From: Octopus bimaculoides
Lineage: Eukaryota
Direction: 5' to 3'
DNA: 64,000 nucleotides
Assembly (NCBI RefSeq): GCF_001194135.2
Contig: NC_069003.1
Coordinates: forward strand, 21,418,722 to 21,482,721
Shown here: one piece after another, positions 24,296-37,138 of the stretch
Layout: each line of letters starts with the position of its first letter
Position numbering within the stretch: the first letter of the stretch is position 1
Made by a program: the position numbers and the translations under genes
The notes under the pieces: model-generated
Told to the model about the DNA's origin: nothing
The model's input: only the letters and a program-made list of their open reading frames with translations
Databases searched by the model: none

Positions 24296-24416
24296 CAACT
24301 TTAAATAGAGCTCAAAATCGAAATGTACATAGGTCTATTTATTTGTTATTATTATTGTTATTGTTGTTGCAATAAAGTATTTTCAACGGATCAATTTTGA
24401 GCTCTATTTAAAGTTG
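24296..24416. mobile_element. 121-bp MITE inside (TA)n
   Basis: 26-bp TIRs caactttaaatagagctcaaaatcga / tcaattttgagctctatttaaagttg, 1 mismatch; flanked by TA repeats. Confidence 0.75.
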
Positions 24417-24461
<45 letters not shown>

Positions 24462-24557
24462 NNNNNNNNNNNNNNNNNNNNNNNNNNNNNNNNNNNNNNN
24501 NNNNNNNNNNNNNNATATATACCGGAGTAAGCAACAAGGTGCTGCTTTTAAATAAAG

Positions 24558-24585
<28 letters not shown>

Positions 24586-24588
<3 letters not shown>

Positions 24589-24785
24589 GTTGTAGGCTGG
24601 CAGAATCATTAGCACACTGGGCAATATGCTTAGTGCCATTTCGTCCATCTTCAAAATCTACTGAGGTTCACTGTGCTTTCTATCCTTTTGAGGTTGTTAA
24701 AATAAATACCAGTTGAGCACTGGGGTTGATGTATTCGGCTGACGCCTTCCACCACAATTACTGACCTTGTGTGAAAATTTGAAAC
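24586..24785 (+). mobile_element. SINE family 2
   Basis: ggctggcagaatcattagc head and conserved core. Confidence 0.8.
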
Positions 24786-25046
24786 ATATATATATATATA
24801 TATATATGCACACGTACACATGCATATGGTGAGGGGAAGAGTCATACAAATACAGATATAAACACACCCACACACACCCTGTACACTAATCATGAACATC
24901 TAATCGGTTAGAATGAGCTTTTGTGATTATAAAACTCTGAGCAATAGCTGAATCATTTGTTAGCTAATCAGTTACATACATGTGTATGTGAGTGTAAGCA
25001 TATTATGTATACGTACATGTATATATGTGTATGTATATATATATAA

Positions 25047-25094
<48 letters not shown>

Positions 25095-25135
25095 NNNNNN
25101 NNNNNNNNNNNNNNNNNNNNNNNNNNNNNNNNNNN

Positions 25136-25197
<62 letters not shown>

Positions 25198-25314
25198 TAC
25201 ATATATATACACATGTTAAACGATGATGATAATGACACTCATTATTATATTAGGGAATGTATACAAATGCACACACTTACTCATCACAAACATATGACTG
25301 AGTAACTGCCTACC

Positions 25315-25356
<42 letters not shown>

Positions 25357-26100
25357 NNNNNNNNNNNNNNNNNNNNNNNNNNNNNNNNNNNNNNNNNNNN
25401 NNNNNNNNNNNNNNNNNNNNNNNNNNNNNNNNNNNNNNNNNNNNNNNNNNNNNNNNNNNNNNNNNNNNNNNNNNNNNNNNNNNNNNNNNNNNNNNNNNNN
25501 NNNNNNNNNNNNNNNNNNNNNNNNNNNNNNNNNNNNNNNNNNNNNNNNNNNNNNNNNNNNNNNNNNNNNNNNNNNNNNNNNNNNNNNNNNNNNNNNNNNN
25601 NNNNNNNNNNNNNNNNNNNNNNNNNNNNNNNNNNNNNNNNNNNNNNNNNNNNNNNNNNNNNNNNNNNNNNNNNNNNNNNNNNNNNNNNNNNNNNNNNNNN
25701 NNNNNNNNNNNNNNNNNNNNNNNNNNNNNNNNNNNNNNNNNNNNNNNNNNNNNNNNNNNNNNNNNNNNNNNNNNNNNNNNNNNNNNNNNNNNNNNNNNNN
25801 NNNNNNNNNNNNNNNNNNNNNNNNNNNNNNNNNNNNNNNNNNNNNNNNNNGATGCCAAACCAGCAGGGGGACACTGCTGACCTCCCCTGTTCGAGGGTTA
25901 TAAAGGACACAGGTTTCGTGTGTCACATAGCTAGCTAGAGGCGATGGCTTCTTGGAGCTAATTCACGGCAGCTTTCGTCCTAATTTTGGGACTGCCATGT
26001 TGGCTTGGCGATAACTATTAATTTCCAGTACCGCTGCCGTAGTCTCCTTTAGAGAGACTTAGAAATATTAATAACTCTATATATATATATATATATATAT

Positions 26101-26455
26101 CTTGACTCCATCGGTCATGAATGATCATGGGTCCACCAAAGAGCTTCCCCTCTGGGGTACAAATCTTAGTGGAAAGTCGCCACACCAGCAAATGCACAAC
26201 CTAAGATTGTTTTTTATGGAAGACCAGCAGTCGCTCATGCATACCAGCCTCCCCTCTTCGTGCCACAGATGTTATCCAAGGGAAAGGCAAAGGGGCCAAT
26301 ACAGTTTGGCACCAGTGACGCCTCAACTCATTTCTACAGCTGGAGCAATGTGAAATAAAGTGTCTTGCTCAAGAACACAACACACAACCTGGTCCAGGAA
26401 TTGAACACACAACCTCAAAATTGTAAGCTCAACACTAGCTACAGAGTCATGCACC
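26101..26455 (-). mobile_element. SINE family 3
   Basis: Reverse complement of 401-740. Confidence 0.8.
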
Positions 26456-27149
26456 TTTACACACACACATATATATATATTATATATATACATATACAGA
26501 GAGGCACAGGTGGAGTAAGAAAGGCAAGTGGTGGTTACAATACTTAATACTCATGAGACAATATGGAGGTATTTTTGTTGTATGAAGTTTGGCCAACCCT
26601 TGTTAACATGAATGGAAAGAGAGAAAGAGAGAAAGAAAGGGAGAGAGCAAGGGAGTGAGAGAGAAAAGGAGAGAGGAATAAAGAAGAAAGGTGGAATGTA
26701 TGTGTGAGTGTGCCTGCTCCTTCATCTGTTTGGCAAAGTTTTGCATTTAGATAAAGGGCATTCTGTCGACTGAATACACACACATGCATGAGTACATGTG
26801 TACATGTGTATATACACACACACACATATACCATGTGTGCATATACGTGCTATTGAAATAATAATACAACTGCTGCTGTCTCCAGCTGCAGTGGCCTCAG
26901 TCATCAATAAACGGAGTTGGAGGTGCATGGCAAACGACTTTGATACTGTTAACAGTGAAATCAATAGCGCATGTGTTTATTAAATGGCCAATATCGATTC
27001 CAGTGAAATGCAATCACACACCTAGATGCATGCACATACACACACACACAGCTATGTGCAAATACTTCTACCAGAAGGTCTTACACACACACACACACTC
27101 ACTCATCATATTCAATGAACATGTTTGTAAAGAATTAAGATCTTAGCTA

Positions 27150-27560
27150 GTAGTTACGGTTGATTAACTTCAAGTCAACCCTGACTGAACAGACTTATGA
27201 TCAAAGAAATTCTCACTGAGACAACTATCTCATCTTTTATTCAGCCGATGTGTGTGTGTGTGTGTTTGTGTGTAGGAATGACTACATTTACTCTTGATGT
27301 GTCCTGTTTTATAAGAAGTTACAGAGCTTTATCTTAACAAGATTTCGCTACTATTTCTAGCAGAGAGGCACCTTCGTTAGTGGACGTCATTGCAGTTGAT
27401 TAGTCTCAGGTCAATTCTGATTAAACAGACTTACGATCAAAGATGTTCCACCACAGTGAAACCCAACCCTTCTTTTACTCAGGCATAGTGTATATCGGAC
27501 TACATTATCTAATGTGTCATCTCACGTTTAAGGTGAGTCAGATACTGCTGTTGTTTCTAA
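27150..27560 (-). mobile_element. Two tandem diverged copies of the (CAA)n-tailed element
   Basis: Repeated gttgatta..ggtcaa..cagactta.gatcaaag unit; ctgctagaaatagtagcgaaatc head on the minus strand near 27345. Confidence 0.6.
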
Positions 27561-27741
27561 CTCGTTGGTTTGGCCGCATAGGGGCCAACCAGAAGATGTA
27601 AGTTTGATTTTGCACCAGGCTCTGCTTGTCTTTCATTATCTTGATTAAAATATATTGTGAGTGATTGAAGCAGTGTGAGAGTGATGTGGGTGAGTGGGTA
27701 AGGGTGGGAAATGTAATTGAGTGAGTAAGCGAATGTGTGTG

Positions 27742-28058
27742 AAGGCACATGGCTCAGTGGTTAGAGCTTAGAATCATGAGGTTGTGAGTTCAATTCTTGG
27801 ACTAGTTCTTGAGTAAGACACTTTATTTCATGTTGCTCTGGTTTAATCAGCTGTAGAAATGAGTTGCACTGCCCTGGTGCCAAGCTATATCAGCCCCTTT
27901 GCTTTTCCCTTGGATAACAACAGTGGTGTGGAGAGGGGTGGGCTGGTATGCATGGGCAACTGTTGGTCTTCCATAAACAACCTTGCCCAGACTTGTGCCT
28001 TGGAAGGGAACTTTCTAGGAGCAATCCCATGATCATACATTACTGCAGGGGGTCTTAG
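27742..28058 (+). mobile_element. SINE family 3
   Basis: Colinear with 401-740. Confidence 0.85.
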
Positions 28059-28819
28059 AGAAGTGTCTGTGTGTGTTTCAGAGAATGATGTTCCTGTAGT
28101 GATTGTTGTTGTTTACGAGCAGTTTAACCCAAAATTAAGTGTGACCAATGAGCCCATCCCATATTAAGATGATAAAGCGTGAGTTGAAGGAGAATTGTTT
28201 ATTAAATCTAGCAGGTCAAGTAAAACCTCTCTACATAGGCTTAATGTAATAATGTTTTCACTCCCTACCAGCCAGTGGACATTGAAGAAATTGAGATGAA
28301 ATGGCACCAAACAGTAACCGAAATCAAGATGAAGGTTCAACTTTGGAGGAATTTCCCACTGTTATCTTCAAGGGAAGTTGCAGTTGATTAAATCAATACA
28401 AAAACATAACGTATTTATTTTATTAGCCCTAGAAAAATGAAAGACAATACTGACTTTAGCAGAACTTGAACTCACTTGTTTCAGTCATTAGACTGTGGCC
28501 ATGCTGGAGCAGCCCAACACTTGTTTTTACAAGTCTTATACTATCAGTCTCTTTTACTGAAATGCTACATTATGGGAATGTAAACACACCCACACCAATT
28601 CCCAAATGGCAGCGAGGGGTAAACAGAAGGGGACACACACACACATACATTCCATATTTTAATGAGTATAAGGAACCCATTTTTGTCAAAAATTAGATTA
28701 AAAAATATGGGAGCTTGTTATACACGGATAGTATTATAATCCCTCACAAATCCTTTTTTCCAAATTTTAAGCCCCAAAAATTAGGGGGTTCATTATACAT
28801 TTAAAAAATACAGTATATA

Positions 28820-28980
28820 TGATGGGCTTTTTTCAGCTTCTGCCTTCCAAATCCACTCACAAGGCTTTGGTTGGTCTTAGGCTGTAGTAGAAGACATTTG
28901 TCCAGAGTGCTATGCAGTGGGAACTGAACCTGGAACCATGCTGTTCAGGAGCAAACTTCTTACCCTACAGTCATACCTCT
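28820..28980 (-). mobile_element. SINE family 1 head
   Basis: Reverse complement of the consensus head. Confidence 0.8.
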
Positions 28981-29084
28981 ACATATATGACACATTCATG
29001 TATAAAGACAAACAATAACAGGTGAAGAGAATGTATTCATCTAAAAGGTTACATCTCCAATTTATTTGATGTAATCAGTAATTT

Positions 29085-29298
29085 CCTTTCAAATTTTGGC
29101 ACAAGGCCAGCAATTTCAGGGGAGGGGTAAGTCAATTACATCAATCTTAGTGCTAAACTGGTACTTATTTGATCGACCCTAAATGGATGAAAGGCAAAGT
29201 TGACCTTGGTGGAATTTGAACTCAGAATGTAAAGACTGGTGAAATGCTGCTAAGTATTTTGCTCGGCATGCTAAAAAGTCCGCATGCTTACCACCTTA
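29085..29298 (-). mobile_element. SINE family 2
   Basis: Conserved core. Confidence 0.85.
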
Positions 29299-30651
29299 AT
29301 CTAATCAAGTTATCTGGGGAAAATGCATGGCCTAGTGGTCAGGGTGTTGCACTCACAATAAGGTCACAGGTCGTAGTGGTTGGCATTAGGAAGGGCATCT
29401 AGCCATAGAAACCATGCCAAATCAGACTGGAGTCTGGTGCAGCTCCTCAGCTTACCACCAATGGTTAAACTGACCAACCCAGACCACCATGGACAATGAA
29501 TGTTAAATGCTGATGATGATGATGATGAAACATCAAATGGCTATCAGGGTCCACCCAAGTAAAATAGGAATCAAAGGGGTCCATAGGCAGAAAATGGTTG
29601 AGAATCCCTGCTCTAACCCATCACTTTATCATTTCGACAGCATTTCAGGTGCATGCCTCCATGCACATGTATTTGTCTGCATGTATGTATACACACATGT
29701 ATTTTAGTCAAAGTATATCTACCAAAAGCAATACTTATTTTCTTGAAGTCTTTTTAAATCCCTAAAACAGATTTCATATTTGAAAAAACAAATTAATTTT
29801 GCCTTTGTGTGTGTTTAGTTGTTTATTGTGTTTGTGGTTGGTTTATTTCAATAAGAAAAATTCAATATATTAAAGGAAAAGAAAATGTTTAATTTAAAAA
29901 GATAAAAAAAAATATGAATCAAGCTTCAACAGTGTTTCTCACCAATGTATGTGTGAGATTTTCTCCTTAATTAAATCTGTGAAATTCGTGACTTAATTAA
30001 TATATAATTTCAACTTCACAACTTCTGTTGAGAAATCAAGGAGGAGGAGGAGGAGGAAGAAGAAGATGGTAAAAAGAAAGAAAGAAAAACAAAATCTGTA
30101 GCAGGAAGAAACAAAATGTGGTAGCAGGAGGAGGAGGAGATTGAAGAAGAAGAAAAAAGAAGAACAGAAAATGAAGAATAAAACAAAGAAGAATGTGAAG
30201 AAGAGAAGAGAGTTAAAGTGAAGAAAAAAACAAAAGAAGAGAAAAAGGTGAACAAACAACAAATAAAGTAAAAATTATAAAAAAAGTAAATCCATGAGAA
30301 GAGAATTTCAATTATTTCCTTCCACAAAAAAAAAATTCTAATAATAATAATAATAATTTGTCCTTCCCCACCATTATTCAATGAAGAAACATCATTTAGT
30401 TGGTGCTGAGACCACCCAAAGAATAATGTTGTTGTTGTTGTAGGTGGGGTGTTGGTGGAGGTAGTGGTGGTGCTGTGTGGCTGTCATTAACTAATATTGT
30501 TGGTGATATTTGGTGATAACACTAGCAAATATTTAATCAATAAATGGTTGTCAACTAATCGATCACAACTATCGATACCTCTCGTTTGCAACGTCATAGA
30601 CCATCACAAACAAACTCTTTCACGAATAACATTCAAAAGATAAACAAATAT

Positions 30652-30817
30652 AGGCACAGGCATGGCTATGTGGTAAGAAGCTTGCTTCTCAAGCACAAGA
30701 TTCCGGGTTCAGTCTCACTGCATGGCACCTCGAGCAAATGTCTTCTGCTATAGCCTCAAGTAGGCCGAAGACTTGTGAGCGGATTTGGTAGACAGAAACT
30801 GAAAGAAGACCGTGATA

Positions 30818-30857
<40 letters not shown>

Positions 30858-31060
30858 TCCCCCACCACCACTTGACAATGGGTGATGGTGTGTTTATGTT
30901 CCTCTAACTTAATGGTTTGGCAAAACAGATCAATAGAATAAATATGAGGCTTAAAGAAAAAATAAATAAGCACTGAGGTAGATTCATCTGGCTAAAAGTT
31001 TTTCAAGGAGGTGCCCCAGTATGGCCACAATCTAATGACTGAAAAACAAGTAGAAAGATA
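30652..31060 (+). mobile_element. SINE family 1
   Basis: Full head, (TG)n and body. Confidence 0.88.
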
Positions 31061-31086
31061 AAGAAATAAACAAAAACAAAAATCTA

Positions 31087-31108
31087 CCCCCCCCCCCCCC
31101 CCCCCCCC
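31087..31108. repeat. C22 homopolymer (G22 on the gene strand)
   Basis: Direct reading. Confidence 0.9.
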
Positions 31109-31249
31109 ACCAACCTAAACAGCAAAACCTTGGAGTGAGGACATGATGTGTATGAATAGTTTGGGGCGGAGTGCAATCAGCAGATTTATTTGCCAAAAAT
31201 GACAGAAGTAAGTAAACCTACAACTCTAATGGCACAGTCTTCAGCAATA

Positions 31250-31640
31250 CAACAGTACTGATAATGAATCAGTAGTCACTGAGACAGCTAAAAATAGCTG
31301 CTAAATCTCTCTCAAATCACACCCTACTTCTGATGTATAAAGTGACACATTGGTTACAGTTGAAGTGCATTCAATTATAAAAACGTCAACTTGGTGAAGG
31401 CTGATCTTGGTTAAACCACAAAATATGGATGGACATACACACCCAGTTTTCACAAAACTCATTCATTCATTTGTTCATACATACATATATACATCCATCC
31501 ATCCATACAATCATTTATTTGGGCACTTATCATAGAATATGACAGGCTATATGTTTAAAATAGGGCTGCAGCACCTCAGATCTCTGATCATGGGTCTGCT
31601 TGGCCTGGAATGATCTGAGATGGGCTTGGGCTATACAACA
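31250..31640 (+). mobile_element. (CAA)n-tailed element, interrupted
   Basis: cagctaaaaatagctg ctaaatctctctc head (31285-31313); tail gatcatgggtctgct...gggcttggggctatacaacaa. Confidence 0.6.
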
Positions 31641-32009
31641 ATGATAATTTATGAGGGTTAATTTCATAGGTGAACTTTTACTGGCTTATAAATGGACAAT
31701 AACAACAAGAGCACTCAGAGAGTGTAAACCTCTGCCATGGCAACATCAGTGTCCTCTCAACGATTAGCTGGAGATGATTTTTAAAATAAGAATATTTGAA
31801 ATAAACTCAACTGCTCTCACAAACAAGAATACTAAAAGTGAACCTGGCTGCTCTCGGCAGTGAAGTGAAAGCACGCTATAAAATTAAAACTACTGAATAA
31901 TAATAATGCTGATAATGATGATGATAATTACCTATCCTGTTTGTACATCAGAAATTATGCTAGCATAATAACAACCAACATAAACTATGTTGCATAAACA
32001 AAAGTACCA

Positions 32010-32370
32010 CAAAGCATGACAAATCAACCATAGGCCAGAATACAGCAATCTATAGAAAGACAAAGTCAAGGCTAATCAGCTAGATACTGTTATCATGGAT
32101 CACCAGAAAAGGAAGTACTGACTTGTACCGACTCTTCTTTTAAAAAAAAAAAAAAATTAAAAATATAAAAATGGAGTAATTATTATCTAAATGTAAAGAT
32201 CCAGAAATAGAGCCAACTGGAATGTTGGGTCTGAAAACAGAAAACAATCCTTATAATAATAATAGGTGCTTTGGGAGGTGATAGCCCAAAACCTCCAGGG
32301 CTTACAAATATACACAACAGAGAGAAAAACAACACTATTAGTTCTGTACACATATTACATGGAGTGCTTT
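32010..32370 (+). mobile_element. R4/Dong-like LINE REL-endonuclease remnant
   Basis: KANQLDTVIMDHQKRK..., LSKCKDPEIE..MLGLKTE..PYIIGALG-like motifs; frameshifted. Confidence 0.65.
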
Positions 32371-33216
32371 TAATACAAGAAAAACACACAGAATCAAAAC
32401 AAAATACTACACATGCACAAAAGCCGTGTGTCAGTTGTTCTGTGAAAGCATGCAATAAAAATAAGACTACTAGGAGGCTAAAAAAACAAAAAAAAAACAA
32501 ATAAAACCCAATAACAAAATTGATAACTGGAAAATAAGCTATAGCTGTTGTAATTTATTGTTATTTTAGATCTGAAATATTTCATAAAAAAAAAAAAATC
32601 AATCGTAATTCAATTTTATGACCTAGTCAGTTCCTACATAGAATTTTAACATCTTTCCTCTTTCTCCCTCTCACACACATATACACACATGCATTTAATA
32701 CAAATCGACTTCTAAAAGTCAATTTATTGTATTCATTTCTATATTTTGTTTTCATTTTCTTTCAGATTCATCAACTCTAGATATAACAACAGCCACACAC
32801 ACACACACATAATTTTGTTTTATTTTTTTTAGTAATTCCGTTATAGGAAAATCTTTATTGACTTAAATATTAATATTTATTCATGCTAGCATGTTATGTA
32901 TGTATGTATATACATATATGTTATATGTTATGTATATATATATGCATGCATTCATATATTTCCAAATGTTTTTTTCTAAGCATTCAAGTCGGTCACTGAC
33001 AAAGTGACAAGGCTTTTGCCTTTGAACAAAAAGATGGTTCCAGAGATTTGAGAACGCCTAAGTAGATTAAAGCATGCATATACATGCATGTGTATGTGCT
33101 TGTTTGTGTGTGTGTATGCATGATTATTTGTGTGTGTATGTCTATATGTGTATGAGACTTGAAAGACAGGCACTGTGCAACTGTTCAGGGCCAACATGAT
33201 ATATTGAACGAATAAC

Positions 33217-34283
33217 TTGCTAGTAATAATAATAATGATGATGATGATGATGATAATAATAACTATGTTGATGATGAAAATATCAATAATAATAACAACA
33301 ACAACGATGATGATGATGAAGATAACAATGATGATAATAATAATAATAATAATAATAATAATAGTAATCAAATGAATAACCAATCAACAAACAAAACAAA
33401 CCAAAACAAAAAAGCTATAATTGCATATAGTTATAAAGTTATAGCAGTCACACATGGAAATGATGGACAGGTGGTTATTTCTACCTCAACCTTTCTCTTT
33501 TTTTTTTCTTTTTTTTTGAGTTTGCATTTTAAACCCTACTTGGAAAGATGAAGGGAATGTTGTTGTTGTTTTTTTATGATGGAGTAAGGGGGTAAGGGGA
33601 GGAGGGGACAGAGAGAAGGAAAGGAAGAGGAAGTGAATGTAGAGAGGGTCTCAGGTAAAAGAACAGGAAAGAAATAACGAGTTGGAATAGGGAGGTGATA
33701 GTATGAATGTACCTAAGTACATGTAATGTTTATGTAGGTGTGTGTGTGTACTTATGTGTGTGCATGTGTGTATGTATGTGTAAGCATGTGATTTTGTATT
33801 TGCACATGGGTGCCTGTATACAGGTATGCATAGTATTTGTGCAGTGCGTATATGTGTATGCATACATGCACATGTGCATGCATCCATGTGTGTGTGTGTG
33901 TGATTGTGTATTTGCACATGGGTGCTTGTATACAGGTATGCATAGTATTTGTGCAGTGCGTATATGTGTATGCATACATGCACATGTGCATGCATCTGTG
34001 TGGGTGTGATTGTGTATTTGCACATGGGTGCTTGTATACAGGCGTGCAGTATGTGTATACATATAGTGTTTGTGTGTGGTGTGTATGCATATACGTGTAC
34101 ATGCCTGTGCATGTACATGTTATTTCCCATTGCAGAATTCCAGCTGTTTATGTAGGTGTGTGTGTGTACTTATGTGTGTGCATGTGTGTATGTATGTGTA
34201 AGCATGTGATTTTGTATTTGCACATGGGTGCCTGTTTTGGTTTGTTTTGTTTGTTGATTGGTTATTCATTTGATTACTATTAC

Positions 34284-34340
<57 letters not shown>

Positions 34341-34466
34341 CATCATCATTGTTATCTTCATCATCATCATCATCATTGTTGTTGTTGTTATTATTATTGA
34401 TATTTTCATCATCAACATAGTTATTATTATCATCATCATCATCATCATTATTATTATTACTAGCAA
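33217..34466. repeat. Complex duplication: inverted arms 33217-33408 / 34233-34466, direct copy 33727-33817 / 34145-34235, and three ~110-bp tandem units at 33792-34040
   Basis: Direct comparison of the segments. Confidence 0.9.
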
Positions 34467-34534
34467 NNNNNNNNNNNNNNNNNNNNNNNNNNNCATATTT
34501 CAGTGCATGAACCTCAAATGGAGAATCCCTGGAA

Positions 34535-34800
34535 TGCATCATCATCATCATCGTTTAACGTCCGCTTTCCATGCTAGCATGGGTTGGACGATTTGACTGA
34601 GGACTGGTGAAACCAGATGGCTACATCAGGCTCTAATCTGATTTGGCAGAGTTTCTACAGCTGGATGCCCTTCCTAACGCCAACCACTCCGAGAGTGTAG
34701 TGGGTGCTTTTATGTGCCACCGGCACGAAGGCCAGTCAGGCGGTACTGACAACGGACACGCTCAAAATAGTGTATTTTACATGCCACCTGCACAGGAGCC
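34535..34800 (-). mobile_element. RTE-type 3' tail, young
   Basis: Nearly identical to the reverse complement of 23690-23937. Confidence 0.85.
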
Positions 34801-35479
34801 ATACATGTAGATATGTACATATCGATACTATTATGTTAAATTTGGCCAAATGAATTTTTTTCAATACTTTTCTTGCAATAGCTGGTTGTTTTGGTTAAAC
34901 TATCGTATCTCCAACTGCTTCAGGTGCCAAAATATCAAAAATTCTCAAAGTATAGTACAACGGTTTTGCTATGGAATGGTGAAACTATTTTTTTCGTTTT
35001 CTGAAAAATCAACGTTTTGGACTTATGACACTTTTGCATTATAGTAACAGTATATATATGCATGTATATAAGTAGCATATTAGCAGAGTTAACAGAGCAT
35101 CAGATAAAGTGCTTTGTGGTATTTAATCTGGCTCTGAGCTCTAAATTCCAAAGAGATTGATAGAATAAGTTACTAGACTTTAAAAAAAAAAAAAAGTACT
35201 GAGGTTGATTTGTTTAACTAAACCCTTCATAGCAGAGCCCCTGTATGGCTACAGTCCAATGACTGAAGCAAGCAAAAGAATATACATGATAGCCTTTGGG
35301 CAGTTTTTGCTGCCTAAATTCACTCAGAAGGCATTGGTCAGCCTGAAACTGTAGTACAAGACACATACCTGAAAACAACACTGGATTAACGATTTAGTAA
35401 AATAAGCAATGCTTAGAACATCAAGGGAGCAGAGCACTACAGAAATAGTAAATGGTTTATGGCACAAAAGAAATCCTTT

Positions 35480-36190
35480 TAAATTTGCTAAAATAATATT
35501 AGGGATGCCTTATCTCTACTAAGTACAGAAGTGGATGTGTTACGTAAGATTAAATTTGAGGGTTTGATCAAAGACATTGCAATTAAAAAAAAAGTAGGAG
35601 AAAACTTTTCAAATATAAATAAAGTGGAAGTATACAAAAATAAACATTATTTTTCTTTAAACTTGCTAAAATATTCAAAGTGGTTTATATGATCGGAAAT
35701 GTAATTTCAAAGTGCTCATGGTGTCATAGTGAGGATCTGATCAAAGACTTTGCAATTAAAAAAGGTAAGAGAAAATTTTTCAAATAAAAATAAAGTGGAA
35801 GTATACAAAAACAAACAAAAAAAAAATTTATTTTACTGTTAGTTTTGTTTCATTTTGGAAAATAAAAATATATTTTACGGTTTATATTTTGAATTACATG
35901 TAAATGTGGGCACCAAAATCTTTTAAGTGCTTAGGGCCTCAATGGGTCTTAACCCTTTAAGGTCAGCTGTGGCTTATTGATACAACATGCTTTCTTCTGC
36001 AGAGGACAGGTGTAGCTTATTAACACACTGCTAACTTGTGAAGAAGACGGGTGTGGTATATAAGCCACATTTGTGTTATAAGCTATTTGACCGATTATCC
36101 TCTTGTATTTCCCCCCACCCTTTTTTTTGAATGCCGCACAAAAAGACTTGCTATTTATACTCAACCTTAAAGGGTTAATTTGGCCATGCC
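35480..36190 (+). mobile_element. hAT transposon 3' remnant with a duplicated C-terminal segment
   Basis: DALSLLSTEVDVLRKIKFEGLIKDIAIKKSRRKLF* resembles the hAT dimerisation domain; ~75-bp direct repeat (35567-35640 / 35738-35810); terminus gcttagggcctc...ggtcttaa-tttggcc. Confidence 0.6.
35949..36178. mobile_element. Second piggyBac-type MITE family (C)
   Basis: TTAA at both ends; 11-bp perfect TIR ccctttaaggt / accttaaaggg; internal sequence unrelated to MITE A and B. Confidence 0.85.
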
Positions 36191-36956
36191 TGTGGAGCCA
36201 TGCAGTGTAACCAAACTGAGAACCATATGGTTACACCGCAAACTTTATGAACCACTCAGCCAAACCTTCACCAACAAACTGGGTTAATATTGTAGGGAAG
36301 GATATTAAATCCTAGTTCAAAGTATTTAATATATATTTAAACCATTTTATATATTTACTTATAAAAGATGTATGGAAGGACAAAGAGTAGGTAAATATAT
36401 GAAAAAGCTGAATCAAATTAATTAATAAAATAATTAATATCATATAGTCATTAATAAATTACTGGTAGGCTTGGTGTAGTTTGGGTTAGGGTAGTAATAA
36501 TAAAATAAAGATTTAGATTAAGTTAAAAACCACATGAAAGAATAAAGGCTTATTAAGAAATCTTATTTTAAGAAAACAAAGAGATTCTGAAGATATTAGT
36601 AAAAGGAAGCTATTTAGAAATAATTAAATTAATTGAACAAAATACTTAAGAGAGAGTTAATTAGTCGGGATAAATATGGTTGGTTAAAAAGTATCAAAGG
36701 AATTTAGACATGAAATAGCTGTGTAGACGGTTACCTAAGAGAATGAAAGGTAGAGAGAAAGAGGTATAACAGAATTACAAAGATTGGAAAAAAAAAAATC
36801 AAATTTTAAATTAACAGGTATTTCGATGCTTTGATCTTTGAGAAGGTTAAGTAAATAAATAAATAAATAAATGATAATCATAATAATATAGAAAAGGTAT
36901 AAGCTTAACGATAAACATAACGATGAGAGGAAAGATATTAAATTGATAAAATCGAG

Positions 36957-36998
<42 letters not shown>

Positions 36999-37021
36999 CA
37001 CACACATATATACACATACAT

Positions 37022-37070
<49 letters not shown>

Positions 37071-37093
37071 CACACACATATATACACATACAT

Positions 37094-37138
<45 letters not shown>

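Noticed and set aside
25955-26005. Hammerhead on the minus strand (GUCC...GGAC-GAAA)
   Set aside because: Stem II and GAAA are present, but CAUGGCA stands where CUGANGA is required.
29938-30650. Alternative first exon on the minus strand (ATTG|gtgaga donor at 29943)
   Set aside because: Only a moderate donor, with an in-frame stop and no ATG just upstream; no other support.
32740-32800. Plus-strand acceptor (ttttcattttctttcag) suggesting an antisense gene
   Set aside because: No downstream donor or ORF; such tracts arise by chance in T-rich DNA.
36961-37130. Tandem duplication of a TA/CA compound block
   Set aside because: Low-complexity sequence; slippage or assembly ambiguity explains it.
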